Below, piece after piece: positions 25,781-40,087 of a stretch of DNA of 64,000 nt. The position numbers were made by a program, and so were the translations under genes. The notes under the pieces are model-generated. The model was not told the origin of the DNA, did no database searches, and saw nothing but the letters and a program-made list of their open reading frames with translations. This stretch comes from Octopus vulgaris. Taxonomy: Eukaryota. Every line of letters starts with the position of its first letter. The stretch's first letter is position 1. The stretch spans positions 56,358,001 through 56,422,000 of the forward strand of contig OX597833.1 in assembly GCA_951406725.2 (NCBI GenBank). The letters run 5' to 3'.

Positions 25781-26001
25781 TCACTTTTTCAGACTGGTTT
25801 AATCCCAGTGGGATAAAAAGCAAAGTTAACTTCAGCAGAATTTGAGCTGAGAACATAACAGGAACATACCACAAGGAATCTTGCTCGAGGTGTTAACAAT
25901 TCTGCGAATCCACCCCCAGAGGATGGGGTTACTAGTAAAAAAAAAAAAAAGCTTAATAAACAGTCAGTAAAGATGTTAGCAAAAAAATAATAGAAGGATA
26001 T

Positions 26002-26093
26002 TTACCTCTGTGAAAACCAATTGTTGTAGTTGAGTAAGAGAACAAGGTCCTGCAGGTGAGGCTCACAGTTTTGTTGAGCCAAGGCAGAAATTA
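26002..26093 (-). CDS. TUBGCP6: GCP6 terminal coding exon
   Basis: VISALAQQNCEPHLQDLVLLLNYNNWFSQR*, TAA at 26004-26002. Confidence 0.88.
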
Positions 26094-29000
26094 CTGTAAA
26101 TATAATAATAAAGTTTAATTTCCATGCTTTCAGATATCCTTTACATAATTACAAAAGTCTTAACTCTTTATCATTTAAACCAGCTACATTTGGCCTAAAT
26201 ATGGCTAGAACTGGCTTCTCATACATACTCCACAATGTAAATCCAAAATTATAGAATCACATCATTGAAATTACAAAGCAGTATGTGTGTGTGTGTACAT
26301 ATATAAAGTTAATCCAAACAAGAAAGCACAAAAAAATACAACAATGCGAGGACGTGGAACAAATATAGTATTATTGGACGCTCAGGAAAGAAGGAGGGTT
26401 TAACGTTTCAAGCGGAGCTCTTCGTCGGAAACATGGGAAAAGGAAAGATCCAGAAACATGGGAAAAGGAAAAGGAAAGATCCAGAGAAGGGAAGACAGGA
26501 AAAAAAAAATCGCCAATAGTACACACGAGGTCACATTTTGTATATATATATATACAATGTGTGTGTGTGAATATAGAAATGGAACAAAAACGCAATAGAG
26601 GGCATTAAAATGTTTGGAAAGATAGACAATACAAAAGCGGACAAGAGAAACAACAATTAGAAGGACAAGCAAAAAAGACGGGTCATTCTTGGTTTTCTTC
26701 AGTCAAGTACCAGAAGTCATAACCATTTCGGACAGTTACACTTGAGATGGTTTGATCTGGTTGTCCCCCAAAAAAGTCTAAGCTAAGAGCATTAGACCCC
26801 TTTGTAAGAAAGCTAGCGAATGTGTACGGCAACAAAGACAAAAAAACAAAAAAAAAACAGAACATGGTACAGAATTATGAATACAAACAACAAGAAATAA
26901 CAACAGGCATCTTTCGACTGAGAATGATTCATATATATAATGAAACAGACCTATGGCCAAAAGTGTTACAACCATGATCAACTTGCTAATTTTTCAGATA
27001 GTGCTCCAGTGTCTTTCTGACCCCTTTTAAGAGGTTGTAATTTGAAGTAGATCTGGTTGCTATTTCTAACAGTTCCAGTAACCATGTATAAGTTCTTTAG
27101 CAGATTTAATTTATAGGTAGATTGTTGAAAGGTAAGTATCATGATCATTCAGTCTATTCTACAAACATATCTAGGACTATATTATTAAATGTGTTACTCT
27201 TTTACTTGTTTCAGTCATTTGACTGTGACCATGCTGGAGCACCGCCTTTAATCGAGCAATTCGACCCCGGGACTTATTCTTTTGTAAGCCCAGTACTTAT
27301 TCTATCGGTCTCTTTTGCCGAACCGCTAAGTTACAGGGACGTAAACACACCAGCATCGGTTGTCAAGCAATGCTAGGGGGACAAACACAGACACACAAAC
27401 ACATACATACATATATACGACGGTTCTTAATTTTTGTTGATCTGAGGGAGATTTGGCAGCTATTTCTAGCAGGTAGATCTGATTTTAAAATAAGTAGACT
27501 GGTCTGCTAAAAATGAAATGTTTTGGCCAGGAACACAACACATTAATGGTCACTGAATCCATACTATTAGTATTCTAATTTGGTCAGCTGAAAATCTAAA
27601 AGAATGATGAACGAACAAGAAAAAAGCTTAGAAAATAATATCAAGGAAAAATAAAATTTAAAAAAATAAATTGCTTACCATCATAAAAGTGTTTGGAATA
27701 TCTACAGAAGTCTTCATAAAGTTTCAACAATTGAGGAAAGTTTGGATGTTTGATGGGTCCTCCGTTTCTGTCACGGTGCCAAGTATGGCTCCTGAGAGTC
27801 TGGTAGAAAGCCAGAATGAGACTAAACATGTTTTTGATTGCAGCCATCATATGGTTGGCTGGGGACATGAATAAACTTCTGAAAAACAGAACCAAAAGAA
27901 GGGCAGTTTAGCAAGTCATGATACAAGACACATGATGTTAGAAATTTCAGACTTCCTTTTCTTGTTAAATCCAGGCATGGCTGATAAAATATTTAACCCT
28001 TTAGTGTTCAGATTATTCTATCAAACACAACGCTTATTGGTTCACATTGATTTGAATTAATCATGCATTATCTCATATCTTCAAGATCTTCAAGATACTT
28101 AATGTAGAATAACATTGTAGGGTAGGTGTGAGAGCCTGGATCTGGTCAGTTTGAACATAAAACAGATTAAATATTTTGGCCAGATGTGGCCGGTTCAAAT
28201 ACTAAAGGGTTAAATCATGAGACAATTTAATTACCCTTAAACTTATGCTAAAATTATTAAGTATTATTCTTATTGTCATTATTAAAATTAAAGGCTTTTC
28301 TAACTCTCTACCTTCTGAGTTCAGATACTGTCAATGTCACCTTTGCCTTTGATCCCTTCAGGGTCAATAAAATAAGTTCCAGTTAGACACTGGGATCGAT
28401 GTAAGCGACTAACTCCTTCCCCTAAAACCGTAGGCCTTGTGCCAAAATTTGAAACTATTATTAAAATTAAAGGCAGTTGTTAAATTATGAGTAAAGTACT
28501 GAAGTTGATTTTAATCAATTAACTCCTACCTCCCCTAAAACAAATATACTCTTTTTTTTATTACTCTTTTTACTTGTTTCAGTCATTTGACTGTGGCCAT
28601 GATGGAGCACCACCTTTAGTCGAGCAAATCGACTCAGGACTTATTCTTTGTAAGTCTAGTACTTATTTTATCGGTCTCTTTATGGGGACGTAAACACACC
28701 AGCATCGGTTGTCAAGCGATGTTGGGGTGAAAAACACAGACACACAAACATATACACATACATATATATATATATATACATATATATACGACGGGCTTCT
28801 TTCAGTTTCCATCTACCAAATCCACTCACAAGGCTTTGGTCGGCCCGAGGCTATAGTAGAAGACACTTGCCCAAGGTGCCACGCAGTGGGTCTGAACCCG
28901 GAACCATGTGGTTGGTAATCAAGCTACTTACCACACAGCCACTCCTGTGGCATTATACTCAAGAACCACAAGACTTGGCTTCTTATCCCATAGACTATAT

Positions 29001-32000
29001 GCTCTATTTAAGATTTTTTATGTAGTTGACACGACAGTCAAGGAAGTTTGTATCTAGTCCTGGAAGGGTCCCTCATGCCAGACAAGTCAAAGGATACAGG
29101 CAAAACTAATATGGATCACCTCATTCCAATGGTAACAATGGGCTTGCATTAAACCAACACCCCTACCTAGAAAAAAAAAGCAAAGTTACAGAAGTGTTGA
29201 TGAAAATTCAAAACTAATGAGACCTGGGAGAGAAAGAAACGTATACTCATAAAAAAGATGGAAGAAAAAATACCCCTAAAAATATCTGGAGGCAGAGTTG
29301 AAAAAACAGGGATCCCACTGGTGAGGAATAGAAAAGACAGCCTAGAGTAGAGAACAATGGAGGAGTGTTGTTGATGACCTTTGGTTCATATAGAGCAAAG
29401 GGCTTAAGAAGAAGACAAGCCATCAACTATTCTGTCTCGTGTCTTATTGACTAGCACTATGACCCGGCAATGCCAGGTCATAGTGCTAGTGATTGCATAT
29501 ACATCTGCATGCGAGCGCACATACACGCGAGTACTGTCCAAATCTCCAACCAGTCACATACAGCTAGTTGGCATTCAATTGGCATATCAAGTTTCAGGCA
29601 TTTTGATTGGGTTTTGGATAGAAAATTCACAAAAAAGTCACTTCTATTGATTTTTTAATGGCTTTGCGGGGTGATTGGGGAAATGTAAAGATGTGCACGA
29701 CCACCCTTGGACGGTTTTGAATGACCATAGAAAGTGCGAACCCTCTAACTGAAAAATTGTGGATTTGTATAAAGGACACGCACAGACACACACACAGACA
29801 GACATTTTGCCGTTTATATATATATAAAGATAAGAGAAATTTTTAGCCAACTTTTGCTGTTCACAAACCCACATTCAAATATCAGGTGTGACCACTATAC
29901 TTTTTTTATTACTATAATCGATAGACTTTAACCTTAAAGTCTATCGATTATAGTAATAAAAAAAAAGTATAGTGGTCACACCTGATATTTGAATGACCAT
30001 AGAAAGTGCGAGCCCTCTAACTGAAAAATTGTGGATTTGTATAAAGGACACGCACGCAGACATTTTGCCGTTTATATATTTAGAGATCTATGCTTTCAGT
30101 CAACTCTCTAAAACAGCAAAAGTAAATAAATCTGGTTTCACCTTCTTCCCTATTTTATGTATACAACCTCACTATACTATTTTCCAATGTAATCCAGAAT
30201 TATTTTATTTATTTATGCGCCCTTTTCAAGCCTAGCCAGGCTCATGGGCCCAGTTTCCCGGTTTCTGTGGCGTATGGAACCCAGCTGAATGGGATGCCAG
30301 TCCATCGCAGCGTTACTCAAGAAACAGGAAGAGCGAGTGAGAGAAAGTTGGGGGCGAAAGAGTACAACAGGGGTTGCCACCACCCCCTGCCGGAGCCTCA
30401 TGGAGCTTTAGGTGTTTTCACTCAATAAACACACACAGCGCCCGGTCTGGGAATCGAAACCGCGATACTCCGACCGCAAGTCCGCTGCCCAAACCACTGG
30501 GCCATTGCGCCTCCAATCCAGAATTATAAGAAACATAATTGAAGTCAGCAGTATTCAGTTTGGTATCCTTCCTGTTGAGCTACATAAAAGTGAAATTCTA
30601 GGGGGTTACACTGCCTTTCTAACATTGCCATTGTTAATCTTTAGTTATGCCAACTTACTGTTTAAGTGACGTATCTAAGAAATCCATGTGCAGTTTATGT
30701 AAGTCATCGAGGCTGAACACCTTTGTGTGAAAAGCCTTCTGAAAGTTGGTCCACGAAATATACAGCACCTGGTTCACGAAAAAGTTTTGAAGAGCCTTCA
30801 CAAACTCCCGCATTATATAGCTACAAAAGAGAAATGAACATAATATTTTTTTATTTTTATGAAAATGATTTAATCATAAATTGTCTTAGCATAATACAAC
30901 ACGATCGTTAAGTTACCAGGTCAGCTCTGATGAGATATTCCAGCCTTGACCATCCATTGTTTTTGTTTTTCAGATACAGTGAACCATCATGATGATTTAG
31001 TGTCCATATTCCATAACTAGCATGGGCTGAATGGCTTGACAGGGTCCAATGAGTTCAAGGACTGCATTGTGCTCCAATGTCTGCTTTGACAGACCAAACA
31101 GACTGGATAGAATAAATCAAGGCCATCTGTGCAACAAGAACGACTAAATGATAAGGACGTTATACAGCCCAGTTCTATGCATACTCAGAAATAGACATCA
31201 AAACATAGAGTAGATAAATATTAAAACAATGTTATCTCTCAAAAGTTAATAGCAAATTTTGACTCATCTCAGACATTTAGACATTTAATACGATTTTATT
31301 CACCCATCAAAAATGATGATGGCCTGTAAATGGCTGATGGAGAGTTTAAGGCAAAACCAAGTTCGTCTCACACAGTCTATCATTTACCATATTGTATATG
31401 CCATATTTAATGGCATTATACATTTTTCAAAAAGATATCTCAACAAAACTACCTCAAGTCCTATACGCAAATTTGGGTCCCCTATAAGCTGATTTTGCTT
31501 TAAAGAGCTAAAAACGTTTTTCTTGCATGTGCCCTACTGAAACTGGGGTGCATTTTTTACACTGAGTCTCTCTACAAAGCACATCTACCAGCAAGAACCA
31601 GCTGCAAAATGGCTTCAGAGCTGTTGCCCAGTTTTAGAGAAAGGAAATAAAGGAGAGAAACCATGAAAATTATATACAAACCCAAATGTTTGGACCCTAT
31701 GGAACTGTGTCTCCCTACTGAAGTGAGGTACATGGTTCACCATTGCTGCAAAAGACACAAAGACAATCAAGTGAGGACAAAAGAATTAATAAATTAACAC
31801 GTCAATTATATTAGACAGGATTATTATAAAACAAACATTGGAGCACAAAGCCAAGGAAAGCTGAGATCACGTGATGTGGCAGTCCCAGCAGTGATGGCCA
31901 AGGATTATCTCATGCTAGCGATATAACCATGAGTGCTTATAGGCACCACAACTCCGTATGAGAGGGTCTCTCATGGTAAACAACACAGTATTCTGTGACA

Positions 32001-35000
32001 CAAGATCAACTTTTAAATAGGGATAAATATTATCTTTTGGTATTAATACTGCATCTGTTTCTATTAATTACTATAAGACACTGCTTGTGCCAGTGCCACG
32101 TAAAAAGCACCATTCAAGCATGATCGTTACCAGCATCGCCTTACTGGCACTTGTGCTGGTGTGCAGGTGACACGTAAAAAAATACGATTTTTTTTCATAG
32201 CCATTACCTGTACCGCCTGACTGGCCCTTGTGCCGGTGGCACGTAAAAGCACCCACTACACTCTCAGAGTGGTTGGTGTTAGGAAGGGCATCCAGCTGTA
32301 GAAACTCTGCCAAATCAAGATTGGAGTCTGGTGCAGCCATCTGGTTCGCCAGTCCTCAGTCAAATCATCCAAACCATGCTAGCGTGGAAAGCGGACGTTA
32401 AACAATGATGATGATGATGATGATGATGACTGCCGTGTGCCATGTTGTTTGTATGCAATGACATAAAAGGAGGATGATGAAGAGGAGGAGGAGAAAAAGT
32501 CTACCAACACTTACCATCTCGTTTCAGTTGGCGCCAAATCTGTTCCAACAGCCACATAGCATAGCGAAGTTGGAGCAGAAATAGATAGAGTTGCCGATAT
32601 TTTCGGTGACACTCCTTGTTGATGATGATATTTAGGGGCCAATCAACCTACGAAGGGAACAGAACAGTCTATTGTTACTCAAGTAAGGTGATATTGTTTT
32701 ACTACAACAGTGTTTTTTCATAAAGAATTATTATCTTCACCTGATCTGGAGGGGTTTGGGGTTTCTAGATAGGATACATAGTTAAGGTATACACTCCTAC
32801 TCAGTCATGGGGCCTTTTCATTTTTTTTTTTTTTTTTATATTGTGTCTTGTAAGAATGGCAATAATTCGCTTATCTCTCAACTATCTTATTTGTTTACCC
32901 TAAACACTCTTTCCTCCCTACTTTCACCAGTTTCGTTGTTCAAATCACTCTCATTGTCTGCATAAGGGTAAATTTTTCGTCAGAAGAATAAACATCAATA
33001 ATTTCTTCAACTGTAAAGGGTCAAGGCCTTGTTTGTTTACCAGACAAAGAACTGGGTTCATCACACATCTCATCACAAAAATCTGGGTTTTTTTTTCTTA
33101 TTATTAAAAACAAAAGTAAACAATAGCTATGGGAGACATCATTAATAAGGAGTCATAAACACATTTGACTACAAAGCTGCAATGTGATCGCTTGTCTATT
33201 TTTTAGTATTTTACCTTCTTTTTTCTATGTGAGTTGTTCATTACTACTTTAATGGGAATCTGGATCTTTTCGGTTTGAACGGCAGTTTTTTTCTAGTGGT
33301 GTCATAGGAAATTGTCACCCATAATTATGACCCTAGTATCGATCTATTGCATTTCAATCTGTTTTAGGGTTAGTTAGTGTTAGGGGTGGGGGGAAGGGTA
33401 TCTTTTTTTTTTTCAGAAATATAAATAAACCCAATCTGTTTCTTAAACGAGGGACATATTCGTATGGTACAGAATGTTTTTTCTTACCTCAATGGATGTC
33501 AGTGATTGGTTGAAATTGCAGAAATTAAAGAAAAAAAAAACAACAAATATCTTACAAACTATAGAATTTTCTCAATAAAGCCAAGAGAAAAAGATGTTTT
33601 ATAAACTTTTTAGTTACCTAGAAATTATGTTAAAAACTGCCGTTCAAACCGAAAAGATCCGGGAATCTAATAGATATTACCATTAGACTATTGCTGCTAT
33701 ACCAGGAACACAACATGATAGGGTTAACCTGATTTCCATGACATATAAATGAGTGATACTACATTCTACCCTGGGATGGGATGCTGATCCATTGCAGGAT
33801 TAACTTCCCCAGCTATTGCTGGAACTCATTGACAGCTGAGTGGACTGGGGCAACATGAAATGAAGTATTTTGCTCAAGAGTGCAACATAGTACTTGGTTT
33901 GGAAATTGAACCTTTGAACCCATGATCAAAAGTGCAACATCTTAACCACCAGGTTTCATGCACCTTCACTATATAAATATTGTCAAAAGCCATGCCAAAA
34001 TTAACAAAAATGGGAAGACAATGTTTCACACATTAATTATCTCAATGCTTTGAATAATGCCTTGCAAAATTGATTTAGGGCATTGCTCATCATCATCATT
34101 ATCATCATCATTTAACGTCCGCTTTCCATGCTAGCATGGGTTGGACGATTTGACTAAGGTCTGGTGAACCAGTCAAATCATCCAACCCATGCTAGCATGG
34201 AAAGCGGACGTTAAATGATGATGATGATGGGCAATTCAAAGAATTGTTACCCAAACCTGCTCTACCTGAAGAATCCTCATCCCAGCCTACTCTAAGCCAA
34301 ACAAGGACTTTTACTGCAGATGAGTTATTGAAGGACTTCTGGTGAGACGGATAACAAGCCCTAGGCTTTAGAGGTGGATCACACTTCCTCACATTTGTAA
34401 ACGTTTGACACACATGTAAAAAACAGTTGAACAAAATCACTGTCAGTTGTTATTTCGCATATAGCTTAACTAAAGCTATACTGGTCAATATTAACAAAAA
34501 CAAATTAAACTTAGTCAACTATTATCACCTCCAAGACAATATAAAAACAGAAAGATTTCAGAATGAAGAATAATAAAATAGTTGAGCTTACCTTGTATGC
34601 AAGATTTAAACATTCCAATATTTTGGCATCTATAGGAGTAAAATAACAAAATTAAGAAAAAAATTACTTTACACCCCATGGACAACATGAATTAATTTAT
34701 AACAAGAGCACTCAGAGAGTGCAAACCTCCACCAAAGCAACACCAATGTCCTCTCAACGATTAGCCAGAGATGATTTTTAAAATGAGAATATTTGAAATA
34801 AACTCGACTGCTCTCACAAGTGAGAATACTGAAAATGAACCTGACTGCTTTCAAAAATTAAGTAAAAAACAGGAAAAATACTCCAGAATCCTTGTCCAAA
34901 ATCTAATCAGTTCGTGCCAGTCATGAGGCCAAACATCCCTGAAAGTTTCACCCAAATCCATTCCATGGTTCTTGAGATATCTTGTCCATGGAAAAACAAA

Positions 35001-38000
35001 CAAACAAACACGACAGAAAACAATACCTCACCTCCACTAAGGTAGAGGTATTAATAATAATAATAATAATAATAATGATAATAATAATAATAAGAGCACT
35101 CAGAGAGTGAAAACTCTCCACCAAGGCAACACGAACGTCCTCTCAGCGATTAGCCAGAGATGATTTTTAAAATGAGAATATTAAAAATGAACCTGACTGC
35201 TCTCAAAATTTACATAAATTCAGTAGAGGAAACGTACCGTCCTTCACAGTTGATGAAGAATCTTCGGTGATTTCAAAGCTGAGGTTTTTGATGTATTTAT
35301 CTTCAGCAGAGATAGAACATTTAAAAGCCTGATTTATGATGCTGTTTAGAAAGATAGGGTTGAGGATCTCATTAGGATGTGGGTTCATGGAGAGCTGGAA
35401 AGACGAAAAAAAAAGGGAGCAAGAGATTATTTTACTAAAATATAAAGACAGGAAAAATACTAGGAAAATCATCATAATTATCATTCAACATCTACTTTTC
35501 TATGCTTGCATTGGTCAGATGGAATTTGTTGAAGTAGATTTTCTATGATTGGATGCCCTTCCTGTCACTAACCCTCGCCTGTTTCTGAGCAAGGTAATAT
35601 TTCCCATAGTTAGGGTGGTGAACTAGCAGAATCGATTGCATGCCGAGCAAAATGCATAGTGGCATTTCGACTGTCTTTACACTTGGAGCTCAAATGCCAC
35701 CAAGGCCAACTTTACTTTCCATCCTTTCGGGGTCAATAAAAAAAAAAGTATCAGTTGAATATTAGGTGTCAATGTGATCAACTTGCCCTCACCCCCGAAA
35801 TTGCTGGCCTGGTGCCAAAATTTAAAGCCAACATTTCCCATGGTCATACATGGTTTTATATAATGGTGGTGCTCATTTACAACCATCACATGATGTCAAA
35901 GACAAGGACACACGGACACACATTTTTATGACTGACTTCTTTCAGTTTTCCTTTACCAAATCTACTCACAAGGCGATAGCAGAAGATACTAGCTCAAGTG
36001 GGACTGAACCTGAGATAATATGGCTGAAAGGATGAAAGGCAAAGTCAACCTCGGCGGAATTTGAACTCAGAATGTAGCAGCAGATGAAATACTGCTAAGC
36101 ATTTCGCCCGACGTGCTAACATTTCTACCAGCTCGCCGCCATCTACCTACCCGTTCTGCTTATCCATTGGCCAAGATAAAAGTAATGAAATATCATGAGA
36201 AGACTTGTCAATCCAAGTGAAACTATTGTCGTGGCCAGTGCCAGTGACACACAAAAGGCACCTGTACTGGTGACATCTAAAAGGCACCCATGCTGGTAAC
36301 ACATAAAAGGTATCTATGCCAGTGATACGTAGAAAGACACCTGTGACAGTGACACGTAAAAACACTTAGTACACTCTATGGAGTGGTCGGAATTAGGAAG
36401 GATATCCAGCCATAGAAACCAGGCCAAATCAGATTGGAACCTGGTATGGTTCTCTGGCTTACCATTTCCAATCAAAACTGCCAGCATGGAAAATGGACAC
36501 TAAATAGTAATAATAATAATAATAGTGGTGGTGGTGGTGGTGGAGGATGATGAGGATGATGATGAAGAGGAGGAGGAGGGTGGTGGTGATGATGATGATG
36601 ATAATAATAATAATTGTAAAACAAAGAATTAAAAAGTCACCTTTTCGAAAAGTAAACTGGTAAGATTGAAAGCAAAGTCTCCTTCACCCATGATAAGATA
36701 GCGCCACATTGCTGAGAAGTGTTCCTCAATGGATAATTCGGTTAAAAAGTAGTCTAAGGCACATTTGTTCACAAGCTTGATTCTGCAAAATAGTGAATGT
36801 AATTATTTCATAATTTGTAAATTAAAATAATTATAATTATTTTAAGGGTATTGGATCGTTAGTGTTGAGTTGAGAGAAGAGCCTCAGCGCACCTGCTGAG
36901 ATGAAAATGGTCAGACAGGGAGCATGTCCGATTTAGAAACAGCTGAGAGATAGGTGGGGTTGATCTCCCATACATACATGCAAGATTACATTTTATGATT
37001 TTCAAATTAAATTAAATGCAACAATTAATCACTGGTTGTTCTCTGTTAAAGAATCACAATAATGAAATGTTCGTATGGTATCTACGTCTAAATATGAGAG
37101 AGAGGGAGAGAGGAAAAGAACGGGGGGAGAGAGAGAGAGAGAGTGAAGTATAGTAGGCGAGAAGAGAGTGTAGCAATTTGAAATTATAAGCTTAAATTGA
37201 ATTCAGTTACAAAATAAAATAATTTCCATGAGTCTAAATGTGTTTGAAAACACACAAGGTAACATCATACCTTGCATGATGAAGTTTTAATTGGCTTTAT
37301 TGGAAGTTTCCATTTCAAACCACTGATAGTATTTTATACTTTTACTTCATCCAGTCATTGGACTGTGACCATGCTGGGGCAATGTCTTCAAGGATTTTAG
37401 TCGACCATAGTGACTCCGACACTTATTCCAGTTTAGTACTTATTTTATCCATCTCATCATCATTGTCGTTGTTTAACGTCCATTTTCGATGCTGGCATGG
37501 GTTGGATGGTTTGACTGCGGGACTGGCAAGCCAGTAGGCTGTGCCAGGCTCCAATCTGATCAGGCAAGGTTTCTACAGCTGGATGCCCTTCCTAATGCCA
37601 ACCACTCTGAGAGTATAGTGGGTGCTTTTTACGTGCCACCAGCACAGGAGCCAGTCAGGCAGCACTGGCCTCGACCACATTCGGATGATGCTTTTTATGT
37701 ACCACCAGTACAGGAGCCAGTCAAGTGAGGACTGGCATCAACCATGTTCGGATGGTGCTTTTTACGTGCCTTGTTAAAACATTAACCCTTTAGTATTTAA
37801 TCCAGCCATATCCGGCCAAAATAGTTAATCTGTTTTATGTTCAAACTGACCAGATCCAGGCTCTCACACCTACCCTACAATGTTATTCTACATTAAGTAA
37901 TTACACCATCAAGATCTTGAAGATATGAGATAATGTATGATTAATTCAAATCAATGGGAATCAACAGGCATTATGTTTGATTGAATAATCTGAACACTAA

Positions 38001-40056
38001 AGGGTTAAGGTAGGATATATAGACACACACACACACACACAACTAGACTTCTGCTGATCTTCTGCTTTCTAAATCCCACTCAAAAGCTACAGTAAAAGAC
38101 ACCTGCCAAGGTGCTGCAGACAAAGTATAGTATCAAATGATTACGAAGCAAAATTCTTAATCAGAACAGCCATACCTGTGCCCACAGGTGCAAAAGGAAG
38201 GTGAAAACAGATAGAGACATTGATAGCAGAATTGTTGTATGTTTGCAAGAATCACCTTGAGGATATGGACCCAGGTAATAATCACCAACAAGACTAAGGA
38301 TGGCAGTGGCGAGAAATTTCAGACCCTGATACCTGCTCACTACCTGCACACCTTGATAAGTTTTTACTTCCAGTGAGGAGCAAATAAAGCAAATGAGTGA
38401 GGGGGGGGGAGTCTTTCAGGGAGTCTGTAGCTATTTAATAATTGTATACTTACTGATCCATCAAAGGATTCTGGATGGACTGTTGAATAAGAACTGATAA
38501 AGGAGATTGGTGATACGCTTCTAAATCTTCAACAGATGCGTTTGAGCTGATACCTGATCTACCTGATGCTATCTGGTTCAAATTACCACCAATGTTCAGC
38601 AAATGGCCACTTTCTGAAAGGAAATATAAAAAGTAAATGATGCCTGTTATATATTATCAGTCCAATGAATGGTAATTACTAAAGTAGTAATTGGCTAAAT
38701 TTCATCATCATTGTTCGACCATGATCGAGACAATGGAATTTACCATGCTACGCCAGACTTCACGGTCCATCATAGCATTACGGAGGTCCTGTTGCTGGAT
38801 GCCTGTATCCCTGGAGATTACATCAGGGTAGGAGAGTGTGCGCCCTCTGGTATTGCGAGTAGATGGCTTCCAGAGGAGAAGAGTAGAAATTGCCTCGTTT
38901 TCAGCTCTACAACAATGTCCAGCAAACTGGACTCTCCTACCTTTCACAAGAGATGATACAGGTGGTAGTTTCCCTGTATATTCGTACTTTGGTTGGATGA
39001 TGCTTCCACGAGAGATTTTGAGCTCTCATAAGGCTAAATTTACTGGTCAGTGGTAGCCTAAATTTATAAAACTATTATGACAGATATATCAGAATCTAAG
39101 TCATAAAGATTATTAACAGGTCATAAATCTCAGAATCCAGAGTTAAAAGATTAATGAGAGAAAAATCTAATTTGCATTCTTGATATATCATAAATCACAA
39201 AATCCAATATGTAAAATTACCAAAAAGAGAATCATAAGGATTTTAGATTTGTCATTAATGTGCCACAAATTTAAGAACCAAACAAAAATTTATCAAGGTG
39301 AGTCAAAAGCACCTGAAACGTGTTATAAATTGAACATTGCAGTTTTAAAAATATGACAAATCGATGAGAGTTCAGAGTTAGTGAAGTAACCATGCGGCAA
39401 ATCCATGGCAGGACGGCCTGCTGTGCTTGAGGAGACAAGTAAATCAACATAAAAAAAATCAAATGGAAATTGTATTTGCGATACCTATGCCGGTGGCACA
39501 TAAAAAGCACCATCCGTACATGGCCGACTGGCTTCTGTGCTGGTGACATGTAAAAAGCACCAACCGATCGTGGCCGTTGCCAGCCTCCCCTGGCACCTGT
39601 GCCGGTGGCACATAAAAAGCACCCACTACACTCACAGAGTGGTTGGCGTTAGGAAGGGCATCCAGCTGTAGAAACACTGCCAGATCAGATTAGAGCCTGG
39701 TGCAGAGCCTCCTGGCTTCCAAGACACTGGTCGAACCATCCAACCCATGCTAGCATTGAAAACGGATGTTAAACAATGATGATGACGACAATAAAAGAGG
39801 AATAGTAATTCTCTAAGTTATATCAATCAAAATTCTAGAATCCAATAGGAAATATTTCAAATATATCGTTATTTTATTTGTCTCAGTAATTAGACTATGG
39901 CCATGCTGGGAAACACCTTGAAGAATTTTGGTTGAACGAAATGACTCCAGTACTTATCCTTTTAAACCTGGTATTCTATTGCTCTCATCTGCTGAACCTC
40001 TAAGTTACAGGAACATAAACACACCAACTCCGGTTGTCAAGCAGTGATAGGGAAAA

Positions 40057-40087
<31 letters not shown>

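Noticed and set aside
26690-26735. Possible type II hammerhead on the - strand (GAAA...CUGAAGA)
   Set aside because: I could not form convincing stems I-III.
33362-33392. Telomere-like ttaggg sequence
   Set aside because: Only two or three degenerate units, internal to a MITE.
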